Notes under the pieces: generated by a model
Databases searched by the model: none
The model's input: the letters and a program-made list of their open reading frames with translations, nothing else
Told to the model about the DNA's origin: nothing
Position numbers and translations under genes: made by a program
In this document: piece by piece, positions 1 to 11,174 of the stretch
Layout: each line of letters opens with the position of its first letter
How positions within the stretch are numbered: the stretch's first letter is position 1
Assembly: GCA_963716145.1 (NCBI GenBank)
Contig: OY970292.1
Span: forward strand, 140,104 to 204,103
From: Candidatus Levyibacteriota bacterium
GTDB lineage: Bacteria; Patescibacteriota; Microgenomatia; Levybacterales; UBA12049
Direction of reading: 5' to 3'
Length of the DNA stretch: 64,000 nucleotides

Positions 1-1777
<1,777 letters not shown>

Positions 1778-1822
1778 TGTGTTTATTGTACTAAAAATTG
1801 TGGTTTTAACAAAGACTGAGGT

Positions 1823-2932
1823 TTAATTAACGATTTTTTCCCAGGGGAATTCATCTCTGCCAAAATGTCCGTAGGCTGCTGTTTTACTATAAATTGGTCG
1901 AGCCAGATCAAGAGTTTCGATAATAGATCTGACTGAAGTGTCAATTAATTTATCTTTGAAGTCATGAAGAGCCTTTTCGCTTACAGTTTCCGTACCGAAG
2001 GTTTCAATCGTCTGCATCAATGGTCTCGGTTGGCCAATGACATATGCAAGACCCACTTCGCACTTTTTTGCCAATCCATGAGCTACGATATTTTTTGCGA
2101 TATAACGGGCCGCATATGCACCACTCCTATCAACCTTACTCGGATCCTTGCCGCTAAAAGCACCGCCGCCGACTCGGGCATATCCGCCGTAAGTGTCAAC
2201 AACAATTTTGCGTCCAGTCAGTCCGGCATCCGACTCAGGTCCCGGGATATGCCACAGTCCGGTACCATTTACCGTAATGTCTTTGTCTTTTGGAAGGTCG
2301 AATTTGTATTGTTTTAAAATCGGTTTGAAAATATGCTCGATGACTTCTGATCGCACCTTTTCTGCACTTGTTTTTTCATCATGAGCGACAGCCGCGACAA
2401 GCTTCTCAATGCTTACGCATTCGCCATTTTCATAACGGATTGTTACTTGCGCTTTTCCATCTGGACGAAGCCATTTCAATTCACCATTTTCTCGCACTTC
2501 ATCAATTCTCTCAGCCAGTCTGTGGGCAAGCCGTATGGGAAGGGGCATAAGTTCAGGAGTGTCTGTGCAGGCAAAACCAAACATCATTCCCTGATCTCCG
2601 GCTCCATCCTGATCAACTCCCATTGCGATTTCAGGGGATTGCTCGTGCACATCATTATTAAAGGCTGAATCCTGACTAAAGCCCCAGGCGGGCACAGTAT
2701 AGCCCAGTCTTTCAACTGTATCCCTTGCAATTTTTTCAAAATCAATCTTTGCGTTTGTTTTGATTTCGCCAAATAAGCAAATTTGATTGGCGCCAGCAAC
2801 TGTTTCAATTCCAGCATGGGAGTTGGGGTCCTGTGATAAGGCAGCATCCAAAATCGCGTCGCTGATTTGATCACATATTTTGTCGGGATGTCCCGCGCAA
2901 ACTGATTCAGATGTAAAAACAAAATTTTTCAT
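1823..2932 (-). CDS. metK: S-adenosylmethionine synthetase
   Basis: 369 aa with the hallmark MetK N-terminus (ESVCAGHPDKICDQISDAILDA), GGGAFSGKDPSKVDRS and the C-terminal AAYGHFGR motif. Confidence 0.95.
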   Translation of the reverse strand: MKNFVFTSESVCAGHPDKICDQISDAILDAALSQDPNSHAGIETVAGANQICLFGEIKTNAKIDFEKIARDTVERLGYTVPAWGFSQDSAFNNDVHEQSPEIAMGVDQDGAGDQGMMFGFACTDTPELMPLPIRLAHRLAERIDEVRENGELKWLRPDGKAQVTIRYENGECVSIEKLVAAVAHDEKTSAEKVRSEVIEHIFKPILKQYKFDLPKDKDITVNGTGLWHIPGPESDAGLTGRKIVVDTYGGYARVGGGAFSGKDPSKVDRSGAYAARYIAKNIVAHGLAKKCEVGLAYVIGQPRPLMQTIETFGTETVSEKALHDFKDKLIDTSVRSIIETLDLARPIYSKTAAYGHFGRDEFPWEKIVN

Positions 2933-2982
2933 AGTTCGATAAACTCACTATGCTTCGAATTATGCTGAGCAAAGTCGAAGCA

Positions 2983-3009
2983 TAAAAAAAGCCTCTCAAT
3001 ATGGAGAGG
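2983..3009 (-). terminator. Rho-independent terminator (expression platform of the metK leader)
   Basis: The plus strand has aaaaaaa-gcctctc-aatatg-gagaggc. In minus sense this is a 7-bp GC-rich stem followed by U7, about 50 nt upstream of the metK ATG. Confidence 0.6.
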
Positions 3010-3100
3010 CATTATTTTGCTAAAAAGCCGCATCTCCTCTCGGATTGGCACCGCAATTCTCGGTTGCCGCCCCGATTGAATCGGGGTCTCTTGATACCTC
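2983..3100 (-). promoter_or_regulatory. SAM-riboswitch-like leader (reduced SAM-I family-like aptamer plus intrinsic terminator) upstream of metK
   Basis: The minus-sense leader contains GGUAUCAAGAG...CCCCGAUUCAAUCGGGG (hairpin)...GGCAACC...GGUGCCAAUCC...GAGAUGC, matching the SAM-I blocks (A)UCAAGAG, GCAACC and GGUGCCAAUUCC with a P1 pairing GUAUC/GAUGC. Directly after it comes a GCCUCUC-CAUAUU-GAGAGGC hairpin plus U7. Confidence 0.55.
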
Positions 3101-3132
3101 TATATTAGAACATAAAGAAAATTAAAATGCAA

Positions 3133-4542
3133 CTAGTTTATAGAAACTATCTCATCCAAGAATATTTTTCCCGGATTTAGAATTCCGTTCTGATCAAGAA
3201 GATTTTTTACACTTTTCATAATGGGAAGGCTTGTAGGGTGTTCAAAAGCTAAAAATTTCTTCTTATCTATACCCAGGCCGTGTTCCCCGGTAGCAGTTCC
3301 TCCAAGACCAATCGCGAAATGGGTGAGCTTGTCATTGATAGCTTTTGCGCGCTCAAGTGATGCTTTATCGTTGATGTCGTAGAGTGCCCATGCATGAAAA
3401 TTGCCGTCTCCAACATGTCCGTGGTTAAGCATTTTTATATCATATTCCTTTTGTAATTCTTTAACTTTTTTTATAAAATCGGGGACAAATTTTAATGGTA
3501 CTCCGGCCTCTGCAGATAAAATACCGGTATTGGGGTCCATATTATAAAAGGCAAGCCGTATGCCCTTACGGCAGCCCCACAGTTTTGCGCATGCTTGTTC
3601 TGTTGTGAAGGTTTGAAGACTTGCAGCTTTGTGTTTTTTTGTGATTTGTTTTAGTAATCCCAGCTGCATAAGTAAAGTTTCTTTTTGTCCGTGCAGCTCA
3701 ACCAAAATAGTATTGACCTCTTGCAGTTTCATACCTTGCTGGGCTTTATTAACAAGTGCTACATAGTTTTCGTCCATGTGTTCAAGTGCTGCCGGTTTTA
3801 TGTCGGAGTGAAGAATATCCATAATTGTCCCATTGAGGGATGTGATATTTGGAAACGCAATCAGTGCTGCCATTTTATTTTGGGGAATGGGCAATAGCCT
3901 AAGTGTTGCTTTTGTAATAATTCCCAAAGTACCGGAGGAGCCTATAAAGAGATTCTTTAAATTATATCCTGAAACAGATTTTATCGACTTACTTCCAACG
4001 CGTATTATTGTGCCATTGGCTAGTACAACTTCCAGTTCCATCACCCAGTCACCAACAACGCCGTATTTCACGGCATACATCCCGCCGCTATTATTTGCGA
4101 TAACTCCCCCAATTGTTGCTATATTGGCACTGCCAGGAAATGCAGGCAGGAAAAGATTGTGGGGTTTTAAATGGTCGTTTAACTCTTCACATATTATCCC
4201 CGGTTCAACTACTACCTGCATACTTTCCGGAGTAATCTCCAATATTTTATTCATTCGGGTCAGATTGAGAATTATGCCTCCAAAAAGAGGAATAGGATTT
4301 CCCTGCAAGCTTGTACCCCCTCCCCAAGCGGTCACCGGTGCATGATGTTTGTTCGCGAGTTTTAGAATCCTACTTACTTCTTGTGTTTTTGTCGGCCAAA
4401 CAACAACGTCCGGAAGCGAAGAAGAGTTAAAAGATTTATCTTTTGAATGGCGGTTTTTTATACTTGGATCTACTGAAACCCTAGCCGGTCCGACGATATT
4501 TATAAGTTCGTTAATAATTGAAACATCAAATGATTTTCGCAT
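3133..4542 (-). CDS. FAD-linked oxidase (GlcD / D-lactate dehydrogenase family)
   Basis: 469 aa with an N-terminal FAD-binding PCMH domain (PDVVVWPTKTQEVSRILKLANKHHAPVTAWGGGTSLQGNPIP) and a C-terminal FAD-oxidase domain. Confidence 0.75.
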   Translation of the reverse strand: MRKSFDVSIINELINIVGPARVSVDPSIKNRHSKDKSFNSSSLPDVVVWPTKTQEVSRILKLANKHHAPVTAWGGGTSLQGNPIPLFGGIILNLTRMNKILEITPESMQVVVEPGIICEELNDHLKPHNLFLPAFPGSANIATIGGVIANNSGGMYAVKYGVVGDWVMELEVVLANGTIIRVGSKSIKSVSGYNLKNLFIGSSGTLGIITKATLRLLPIPQNKMAALIAFPNITSLNGTIMDILHSDIKPAALEHMDENYVALVNKAQQGMKLQEVNTILVELHGQKETLLMQLGLLKQITKKHKAASLQTFTTEQACAKLWGCRKGIRLAFYNMDPNTGILSAEAGVPLKFVPDFIKKVKELQKEYDIKMLNHGHVGDGNFHAWALYDINDKASLERAKAINDKLTHFAIGLGGTATGEHGLGIDKKKFLAFEHPTSLPIMKSVKNLLDQNGILNPGKIFLDEIVSIN

Positions 4543-4549
4543 AAATGCT

Positions 4550-6436
4550 TTAGTAAACTTCCCTTACTCTTATTGTCCCGGGGATTTTTTGTAAATCTTT
4601 TAAAATATTTGCGGATTTTTGAGTTGTGACATCTGTAATAACATAGCCAATAATCTCATTTGTTTTGAGATATTGCCCCTCTATGTTTGCGCTGTTTTCT
4701 CCCATGACTTTATTAATGCTAGCAAGAACTCCGGGAACATTTTTGTGAATATGCAAAAAGCGGTGAGTATGCGGATGATCTGGTAATGCAATCTCAGGAA
4801 TATTAATACTTCCGACAGTTGTCCCGTTGATAGCATAACGAAGAATTTTTTGAACAACAAAATTTCCGCTTGCTTTTGTCGCTTCTTCCGTCGCGCTGCC
4901 AATATGAGGCGTTAGAATGACATTTCCAAATTTTTGAAGAGGGGAAGAAAAAGAGTCCTTTATATTTTTAGGTTCTGTGGTGAATACATCAGTTGCGAGG
5001 CCTCCCAATTTTTTATTTTTCAACTGGCTTGCGAGTAATGTCTCAGATATTATATATCCTGAACTCAAGTTGATAAATAGCACTCCTTGTTTCATAAGTG
5101 AAAATTCTTTTTTGGTAAGCGGGTAGTCTTTCATTTGACTGCCCTCAATATGTAAGCTTATGACATCAGCAATACGCAAAAGCTCCTCCATGCTTTCACA
5201 GGAAATTGCGTTGCCAAGCGAGGCTCTTTCTTCTTTATCGTAAAAATACACCTGCATCCCCAAGAGTTCTGCCAACATCGAAACTTGTGCTCCAACAGCG
5301 CCGTATCCAATAATTCCCAATTTTTTTCCTTTTATTTCATTACTTTGAGTCGGGGTTTTGTCCCATACTCCTTTTTTTAAATCTGTGCTTTTTTCAAAAA
5401 CCTGACGGGAGAGCATGATAATTTCACCTACTACAAGTTCCGCGACTGAGCGGATATTGGTGAAAGGAGCATTGAATACAGCAATGCCTTTTTTTGTGCA
5501 CATATCAAGATTAATTTTTGCAGTGGTTAGACCAAATCTGCCAATTGCCAAAAGCTTGTCCGCTTTTTCCAGTAATGCTGAATCTACTTGTGTTCGTGAA
5601 TCCACGATCAAAACCGTTGCGTCCTTTATAGCCCGCACCAATAATTTTCCTGAAATCGCTTTTTCTTCAATGACTACCCGAAAACCTTCCTGTTCAAATC
5701 GCGATATAATCTTGCTGTGGGGCTGTCCGAGGATAAGAGCTAGAGGACCGGTTTCGGGTTCTACAGTTTTTTGGATTGAGCCATATAAAAAAAATAGCTC
5801 ATCAAAATTGAACATCACATCATCAGCAAGTTCAGCAACAGATGCTCGGTTAATATTTTCAGTAAATGCGAAAAACTTTTTTGCTGCACCATTTTTTTTG
5901 ATTTCATAATCAGTATATCCGTCTCCAATCACTATAATATCGCCTTTCAGATGAAGACTTTTTATGGCTTCCGTTTTACCGCCCTTGTTTGCCAGCGGAT
6001 TTTTTTTGTTATAACCAACGGCAATTCCCTGCCGGTTAAAAATAAACGAATTGCCTAGAACATGTGATTTCTCAACTCCAAATTCCGCAACAACCGGAAC
6101 AGCATAATCTGTAAAGCCGCCGGTAATAACGTATATATTATTCTTGTAATTTTTAAAAAATTCTTTATTACGGATAATAGAAGGAGTAATAGATTTTCTA
6201 AGAAGTTGGATTAGTTTATCAATGTCTTCTTTTTTTGGTTGAAAAAGCGTAAGGCGCTTAATAAGAGATGTAGGAAAATCAATTTTTCCTTCCATGCCTG
6301 CTTTTGTGATTTCGGTAATTTGTTTTATGATAGCAGTGCTTTTAGGGTTATTTTTTAGTACGATTTTGGAAAGCTCGTCTAAAGCCTCAACAGTAACAAA
6401 TGTGCTGTCAAAATCGATAATAAAATTAGTTAACAT
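4550..6436 (-). CDS. Fusion of phosphoserine phosphatase (SerB-like HAD domain) with D-3-phosphoglycerate dehydrogenase (SerA) and a C-terminal ACT domain
   Basis: The N-terminus has the HAD motif DFDST and GDGYTDYE. The middle region has the 2-hydroxyacid dehydrogenase NAD fold GIIGYGAVGAQV...HIGSAT. The C-terminal ~70 aa look like an ACT regulatory domain. Confidence 0.8.
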   Translation of the reverse strand: MLTNFIIDFDSTFVTVEALDELSKIVLKNNPKSTAIIKQITEITKAGMEGKIDFPTSLIKRLTLFQPKKEDIDKLIQLLRKSITPSIIRNKEFFKNYKNNIYVITGGFTDYAVPVVAEFGVEKSHVLGNSFIFNRQGIAVGYNKKNPLANKGGKTEAIKSLHLKGDIIVIGDGYTDYEIKKNGAAKKFFAFTENINRASVAELADDVMFNFDELFFLYGSIQKTVEPETGPLALILGQPHSKIISRFEQEGFRVVIEEKAISGKLLVRAIKDATVLIVDSRTQVDSALLEKADKLLAIGRFGLTTAKINLDMCTKKGIAVFNAPFTNIRSVAELVVGEIIMLSRQVFEKSTDLKKGVWDKTPTQSNEIKGKKLGIIGYGAVGAQVSMLAELLGMQVYFYDKEERASLGNAISCESMEELLRIADVISLHIEGSQMKDYPLTKKEFSLMKQGVLFINLSSGYIISETLLASQLKNKKLGGLATDVFTTEPKNIKDSFSSPLQKFGNVILTPHIGSATEEATKASGNFVVQKILRYAINGTTVGSINIPEIALPDHPHTHRFLHIHKNVPGVLASINKVMGENSANIEGQYLKTNEIIGYVITDVTTQKSANILKDLQKIPGTIRVREVY

Positions 6437-6624
6437 AACTAAAACTCGGGGCAGTTAATTAAATTTATCTTAAATGCATTTTTGCCAGAATCATTGTAAT
6501 ACGAAATAGCTATAAATGCAAAGGTTCATAATTTTATAAAAACCTTAATCGAACTTGAATTAAGTTCATAATTAAACTAAAATTGTATCTATGTTTATCC
6601 CGTTAGAAAAGTTGTACGGGGTTT

Positions 6625-9540
6625 TTGCTTATGGATAGTTCAAATAAAGTTTCAAATAAAAAAAATCAAGAGAAAAAAGAATTTCTAACGGGATTTAAAC
6701 CCGTAAATCCAGCTATTAGTTTTCCTGATCTGGAAAAAGAAATTTCTGAATTTTGGAAAAAAAATAAGACGTTTGAAAAATCTGTCACTAACCGTCCTGC
6801 AAACAAACGCTGGAATTTTCTTGACGGACCTCCATTTGTAACAGGAATGCCGCATTACGGATCGCTTCTTTCAAGTCTCCCCAAGGATTTATTTGGCCGC
6901 TACTGGACTATGAAGGGTTACAGAGTGGAGCGGGTTTGGGGATGGGATGGACATGGCCTACCGATTGAAAATAAAGTGGAAAATGAGCTTGAGATCAAGA
7001 GAAAAAGAGATATAGAAGAAGTTGTTGGTGTTAAGAAATTTATAGATAAGTGTAAAGAATATGTAGAAGATGTTTCTTCGGAATGGGAGTGGTATATCGA
7101 CAGGATTGGACGATGGGCGGATTTCAAAAACGCTTACAAGACATGGGACATTGATTACATGGAATCTGTAATGTGGGTTTTCAAGCAAATGTATGAAAAG
7201 GGATACATCTATAAAGGTCTTAAGGTTTCACTTTATTGTCCTCATTGCTCAACTCCAATTTCAAATTTTGAAGTAGCAATGGATGCTGATAATTATAAAG
7301 AAACTACAGAGCGTGCCACTACTTATAAATATAAATTGTTAGGCGAAGAAAATATTTTTATTCTTGCGTGGTCTACAACTCCATGGAATAAAATCGCAAC
7401 TCCGGTTCTTGCTGTAAATCCAAAGCTTGCTTATGTAAAAGTTCTGCAAAGCAGAATTGTAAATGAGAAAAAAGTTGATGAGTATTACATATTAGCTGAA
7501 TCAACTCTGAAGATGCTGGATGGAAAATATAAAATTGTTGAAAAATATAAAGGAAAAGATTTGCTAGGCAAAAAGTTTGAATCCCCTTACGATTATTATT
7601 TAAAACGTGCAACAGGTAAGATTTTTGAAATAATCGAAGGAGATTTTGTGACAGCAGATGAGGGAACAGGGGTTGTGACAATTGGTGCATATGGAGAAGA
7701 AGATTTGAAAGTAATGCGTGAGCAAAAGGTCCATATTGAAATGCATTTGGATGAGGAGGGAAATGTGAAGGAAGATGTTCCCTTGTTTGGCGGCATGTAT
7801 TATCTGAAAGCAAATAAATTTGTTAATGAAGATCTGGAAAAACGGGGATTAATTTATAAAGATGTTGAATATTTGCATCGAATCCCTCTTTGTTGGAGAT
7901 GTCATACTCGTTTGTATTATGCGCCGATTGATGCTTGGTATGTTGGTGTTCAAACGCTTAAGCCTCTGATGAAAAAGACAAATGAAAGCGTTAATTGGTT
8001 CCCAAAGCATTTTAAAACAGGCAGATTTCTAAAAAGCTTGGAAAATGCACCTGATTGGAATATATCAAGAAACCGCTACTGGGGCAGTCCTGTTCCTGTC
8101 TGGGAATGTGAATGCGGGGAGCGGTTTGTCCCAGGATCCATAAAAGAATTGGAAGAAGCATCGGGAGAGAAGATTTACGACTTACACAAGCCTGAGATAG
8201 ATGAAGTAAAAATAAAATGCAAAAAATGCGGCAAATTGAGTAAGAGAGTTCCTGAAGTTCTCGATAGTTGGATTGAGGCAGGATCAGCGTCATTTGCGGA
8301 AAGACATTTTCCTTTTGATAAATTACAAAAACTTGAAGATTTCTTTCCACCGGATTTTATAGCAGAGTATACAGGGCAAATCAGGGCTTGGTTTTACGTG
8401 TTGCACGTAATAGGTGCTGCTCTTTACAAGTCTCCTGCTTTTAAAAATGTTGGGGTCTCAGGAGTTATCCTGGGAACTGATGGGCGGAAAATGAGTAAGA
8501 ATTTCAAAAATTATCCGGATCCGGCCGAGATGCTTGATAAGTACGGGGGAGATGCTCTGCGTTTATATCTATTGGGAAGTCCTGTTATGAGAGGGGAGGA
8601 CATTTTGATATCTGAGGAGCAGTACAAAAATCAAGTTCGCGGTACAATGCTTATACTCTGGAATGTTTATAATTTTTTCGTAACCTATGCAAATTTGGAC
8701 TCCTGGAATCCAAAAACTCAAAACTCAAAACTCAAAACTCAAAATATATTGGACGAATGGGTTTTGTCTCTTTTGAATAATTTAGTTTCGGATGTCACAA
8801 AGAGTTTGGATTCATACGACACTGTAGCGGCAATCGACGCGCTTAAAGATTTTGTAAATGATTTTTCAACTTGGTATATCAGGAGAAGCAGGGACCGGGT
8901 CGGACCCAGCGCAGATGATATTGAAGATAAAAACGCATTTTATCAAACTAGTTTTGAAGTTTTGACTACTGTTAGTAAGTTACTCGCACCAATAGCACCG
9001 TTTATCTCTGAATCAATCTTCAAAAATTTAACAGGCGAGGAATCAGTGCATTTGGCAGACTGGCCGGCTGCGAATTCAGAATTCAGACTTCAGAATTCAG
9101 AATTGATTGAGGAGATGAAGCATGTCAGAAAAATTGTGGAGCTTGGCTTGGCATCCCGCAAAGAAAAACAAATAAAAGTTAAACAGCCGTTGGCAAAAAT
9201 TACAGTCTGTCCCGGCAAGAAGGAAGCAAAGTTTAGCGAGAAGTTAGACTATCTAATTTTGGATGAATTAAATGTTAAAGAAATAACATACATTAAAAAA
9301 GACAAAGATGAAACTGAGGTAGAACTGGATACAAATTTAACTGATGAGCTTATTGCCGAGAAAGAGGCACGAGAAATCGTCAGAAAGATTCAAGAAGAGC
9401 GGAAAAAAGTAGGTACAACGATGGATGAGAAAATTGATGTAATTTTAGAAGAGTGGCCTCAGGCATTTGAAGAGTATATAAAGAAAAATGCTCTTGTTAA
9501 CTCACTTTCAAAAGGAGAATTTGAAGTTAAAAGGTTATAG
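6625..9540 (+). CDS. ileS: Isoleucyl-tRNA synthetase (class I aaRS)
   Basis: 971 aa with a CP1 editing motif AWSTTPWN, CWRCHTRL, the KMSKN (KMSKS) motif, and WDIDYMESVMWVFKQ typical of IleRS. It contains two in-frame heptamer tandem repeats. Confidence 0.72.
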   Translation: MLMDSSNKVSNKKNQEKKEFLTGFKPVNPAISFPDLEKEISEFWKKNKTFEKSVTNRPANKRWNFLDGPPFVTGMPHYGSLLSSLPKDLFGRYWTMKGYRVERVWGWDGHGLPIENKVENELEIKRKRDIEEVVGVKKFIDKCKEYVEDVSSEWEWYIDRIGRWADFKNAYKTWDIDYMESVMWVFKQMYEKGYIYKGLKVSLYCPHCSTPISNFEVAMDADNYKETTERATTYKYKLLGEENIFILAWSTTPWNKIATPVLAVNPKLAYVKVLQSRIVNEKKVDEYYILAESTLKMLDGKYKIVEKYKGKDLLGKKFESPYDYYLKRATGKIFEIIEGDFVTADEGTGVVTIGAYGEEDLKVMREQKVHIEMHLDEEGNVKEDVPLFGGMYYLKANKFVNEDLEKRGLIYKDVEYLHRIPLCWRCHTRLYYAPIDAWYVGVQTLKPLMKKTNESVNWFPKHFKTGRFLKSLENAPDWNISRNRYWGSPVPVWECECGERFVPGSIKELEEASGEKIYDLHKPEIDEVKIKCKKCGKLSKRVPEVLDSWIEAGSASFAERHFPFDKLQKLEDFFPPDFIAEYTGQIRAWFYVLHVIGAALYKSPAFKNVGVSGVILGTDGRKMSKNFKNYPDPAEMLDKYGGDALRLYLLGSPVMRGEDILISEEQYKNQVRGTMLILWNVYNFFVTYANLDSWNPKTQNSKLKTQNILDEWVLSLLNNLVSDVTKSLDSYDTVAAIDALKDFVNDFSTWYIRRSRDRVGPSADDIEDKNAFYQTSFEVLTTVSKLLAPIAPFISESIFKNLTGEESVHLADWPAANSEFRLQNSELIEEMKHVRKIVELGLASRKEKQIKVKQPLAKITVCPGKKEAKFSEKLDYLILDELNVKEITYIKKDKDETEVELDTNLTDELIAEKEAREIVRKIQEERKKVGTTMDEKIDVILEEWPQAFEEYIKKNALVNSLSKGEFEVKRL
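8712..8745. repeat. (AAAACTC)x4 heptanucleotide tandem repeat inside ileS
   Basis: Direct reading shows aaaactcaaaactcaaaactcaaaactcaaaat, which encodes KTQNSKLKTQN. Confidence 0.9.
9072..9105. repeat. (GAATTCA)n heptanucleotide tandem repeat inside ileS (one copy diverged to GACTTCA)
   Basis: Direct reading shows gaattcagaattcagacttcagaattcagaattga. Confidence 0.9.
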
Positions 9541-9568
9541 TTAAAGCGGCTCCGCATGGTTAATATTT

Positions 9569-10645
9569 ATGAAATCAAAATTGCTAGTTGATCTACGGCT
9601 TATTGTTCCTGTAATTGTTCTTATTACTATTTCGCTAGTTACTCTATTTTCCATAAATATAATTTTTTTTAAAAGTCAGCTGATATCTTTGGTTGTCGGA
9701 TTAATCGCTTATTTTTTCTTTTCGAAGATAAACATGGATTTTCTAAAAGAGTTAAAACTTCCTATTTATGTAATTTCTCTGATTTTGCTTTTAATTGTAC
9801 TTGTTATCGGACTTGAAACTAGAGGCGCTGTTCGGTGGATCGATATATTTGGAGTTAGGTTGCAATTTTCTGAAATCTTAAAACCTTTTTTTGCTTTAAT
9901 TTTTGCAGCCAGCATAACGAGCATGAAGAATAGTAGCTTCAAATCACTTTTAATGCTTATTGGTTTGGTAATACCGGTATTGTTGTTGATTTTTTTGCAG
10001 CCGGATTTGGGAAACGCCCTTTTATACGCTGGGGTTGCTTTATTTACGCTAGTTGTTGCCGGTTTCCCTTTTATATGGTTCTTGTTACTCTCACTTCCAC
10101 TTCTTTTGATGACTCCTTTGTTGTGGACACTGCTTCATAGTTATCAAAAAAAAAGGATTTTCACATTTCTTAACATCATAAAAGATCCGTTGGGAGATTC
10201 ATACAATGGGATTCAGGCAATAATTGCTGTTGGATCAGGAGCGTTTTGGGGAAAAGGTATATTTGAGGGAACCCAGTCAGTTTTACGGTTTTTGCCGGAA
10301 AGACATACTGATTTTATTTTTGCGACAATTGCCGAGGGAGTTGGTTTTGTGGGAGCTAGTTTTGTGATAATAGCTTTTTTACTTCTTTTATATCGTATGT
10401 ATGCTCTTTTCAGAGATAGCGATGATCCGTTTTGTAGAATGTTTCTTGCTACAAGTTTTGGATTTTTCCTGATTCAGGGCTTTGTAAATATAGCAATGAA
10501 TATGGGTCTTTTGCCTATTGTCGGAATTACTTTGCCCTTTGTTTCTTTTGGGGGAAGCTCTCTTCTTTCAAATTTTATTTTTCTGGGCATGATTACAAGT
10601 CTTGGGTCGTCGCCAAAAAATAAACATGTGCTGGAAATTAGGTGA
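9569..10645 (+). CDS. SEDS-family peptidoglycan glycosyltransferase (RodA/FtsW)
   Basis: 358 aa, polytopic, with the SEDS motifs LQPDLGNALL, PERHTDFIFA and LPIVGITLPFVSFGGSS. Confidence 0.85.
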   Translation: MKSKLLVDLRLIVPVIVLITISLVTLFSINIIFFKSQLISLVVGLIAYFFFSKINMDFLKELKLPIYVISLILLLIVLVIGLETRGAVRWIDIFGVRLQFSEILKPFFALIFAASITSMKNSSFKSLLMLIGLVIPVLLLIFLQPDLGNALLYAGVALFTLVVAGFPFIWFLLLSLPLLLMTPLLWTLLHSYQKKRIFTFLNIIKDPLGDSYNGIQAIIAVGSGAFWGKGIFEGTQSVLRFLPERHTDFIFATIAEGVGFVGASFVIIAFLLLLYRMYALFRDSDDPFCRMFLATSFGFFLIQGFVNIAMNMGLLPIVGITLPFVSFGGSSLLSNFIFLGMITSLGSSPKNKHVLEIR

Positions 10646-10670
10646 GGTATTTGCTATAATTAACAAACTT

Positions 10671-11057
10671 ATGAAATACGCAGTTCTACAAACAGGTGGT
10701 AAACAATATAAAGTATCAGAGGGATCGGAAATCGAGGTAGATAAAATAGAAGCAACAGCGGATAGTGATCTGAAGTTTGAAAAAATTCTGCTTTATGCCT
10801 TGGATGGAGTTTTTCAGGTTGGTCAACCACATATTGACGGTGCAGTAATAACAGCTAAAGTACTTGAGCAAAAAAAGGGTAAAAAAATCCGTGTTGCGAA
10901 ATTTAAAGCAAAGTCCCGCTATAGAAAAGTGCAGGGGCATAGGCAGATGTTAACAAAGTTACTTATTGAAAAAATTTCTGTAAAGAATGAAAAACCTGTT
11001 GAGGAAAAAGCAGCTAAAAGCTCAAAGTTAAAAGTTAAAATTGCAGTTCAAAATTAA
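10671..11057 (+). CDS. rplU: 50S ribosomal protein L21 (bL21) with a Lys-rich C-terminal extension
   Basis: MKYAVLQTGGKQYKV...QGHRQ is the bL21 signature. The ORF track starts at 10602, but the conserved start is the internal ATG at 10671. Confidence 0.9.
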   Translation: MKYAVLQTGGKQYKVSEGSEIEVDKIEATADSDLKFEKILLYALDGVFQVGQPHIDGAVITAKVLEQKKGKKIRVAKFKAKSRYRKVQGHRQMLTKLLIEKISVKNEKPVEEKAAKSSKLKVKIAVQN

Positions 11058-11107
11058 AAATTAACCATAAAACTTTGCACTTTTCATTTTGAACTTTACA
11101 CTTACAC

Positions 11108-11136
11108 TTGACATCTGTGAAAAGTTTTCGTATTAT
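11108..11136 (+). promoter_or_regulatory. Sigma-70-like promoter TTGACA-N17-TATTAT upstream of rpmA
   Basis: ttgaca(11108-11113), a 17-nt spacer, then tattat(11131-11136), about 38 nt before the rpmA ATG. Confidence 0.35.
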
Positions 11137-11174
11137 TGAGTGGAAATTTTATAATATAAGTCTATCTCTTAAAT

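Noticed and set aside
6437-6624. T-box leader upstream of ileS (hairpin CCCGT-N12-ACGGG + T5 just before the start, plus a GAACTT-gaatt-AAGTTC palindrome)
   Set aside because: No T-box consensus (AGGGUGGNACCGCG) or specifier-loop context was found. The stem is only 5 bp. This is probably an ordinary divergent promoter region.
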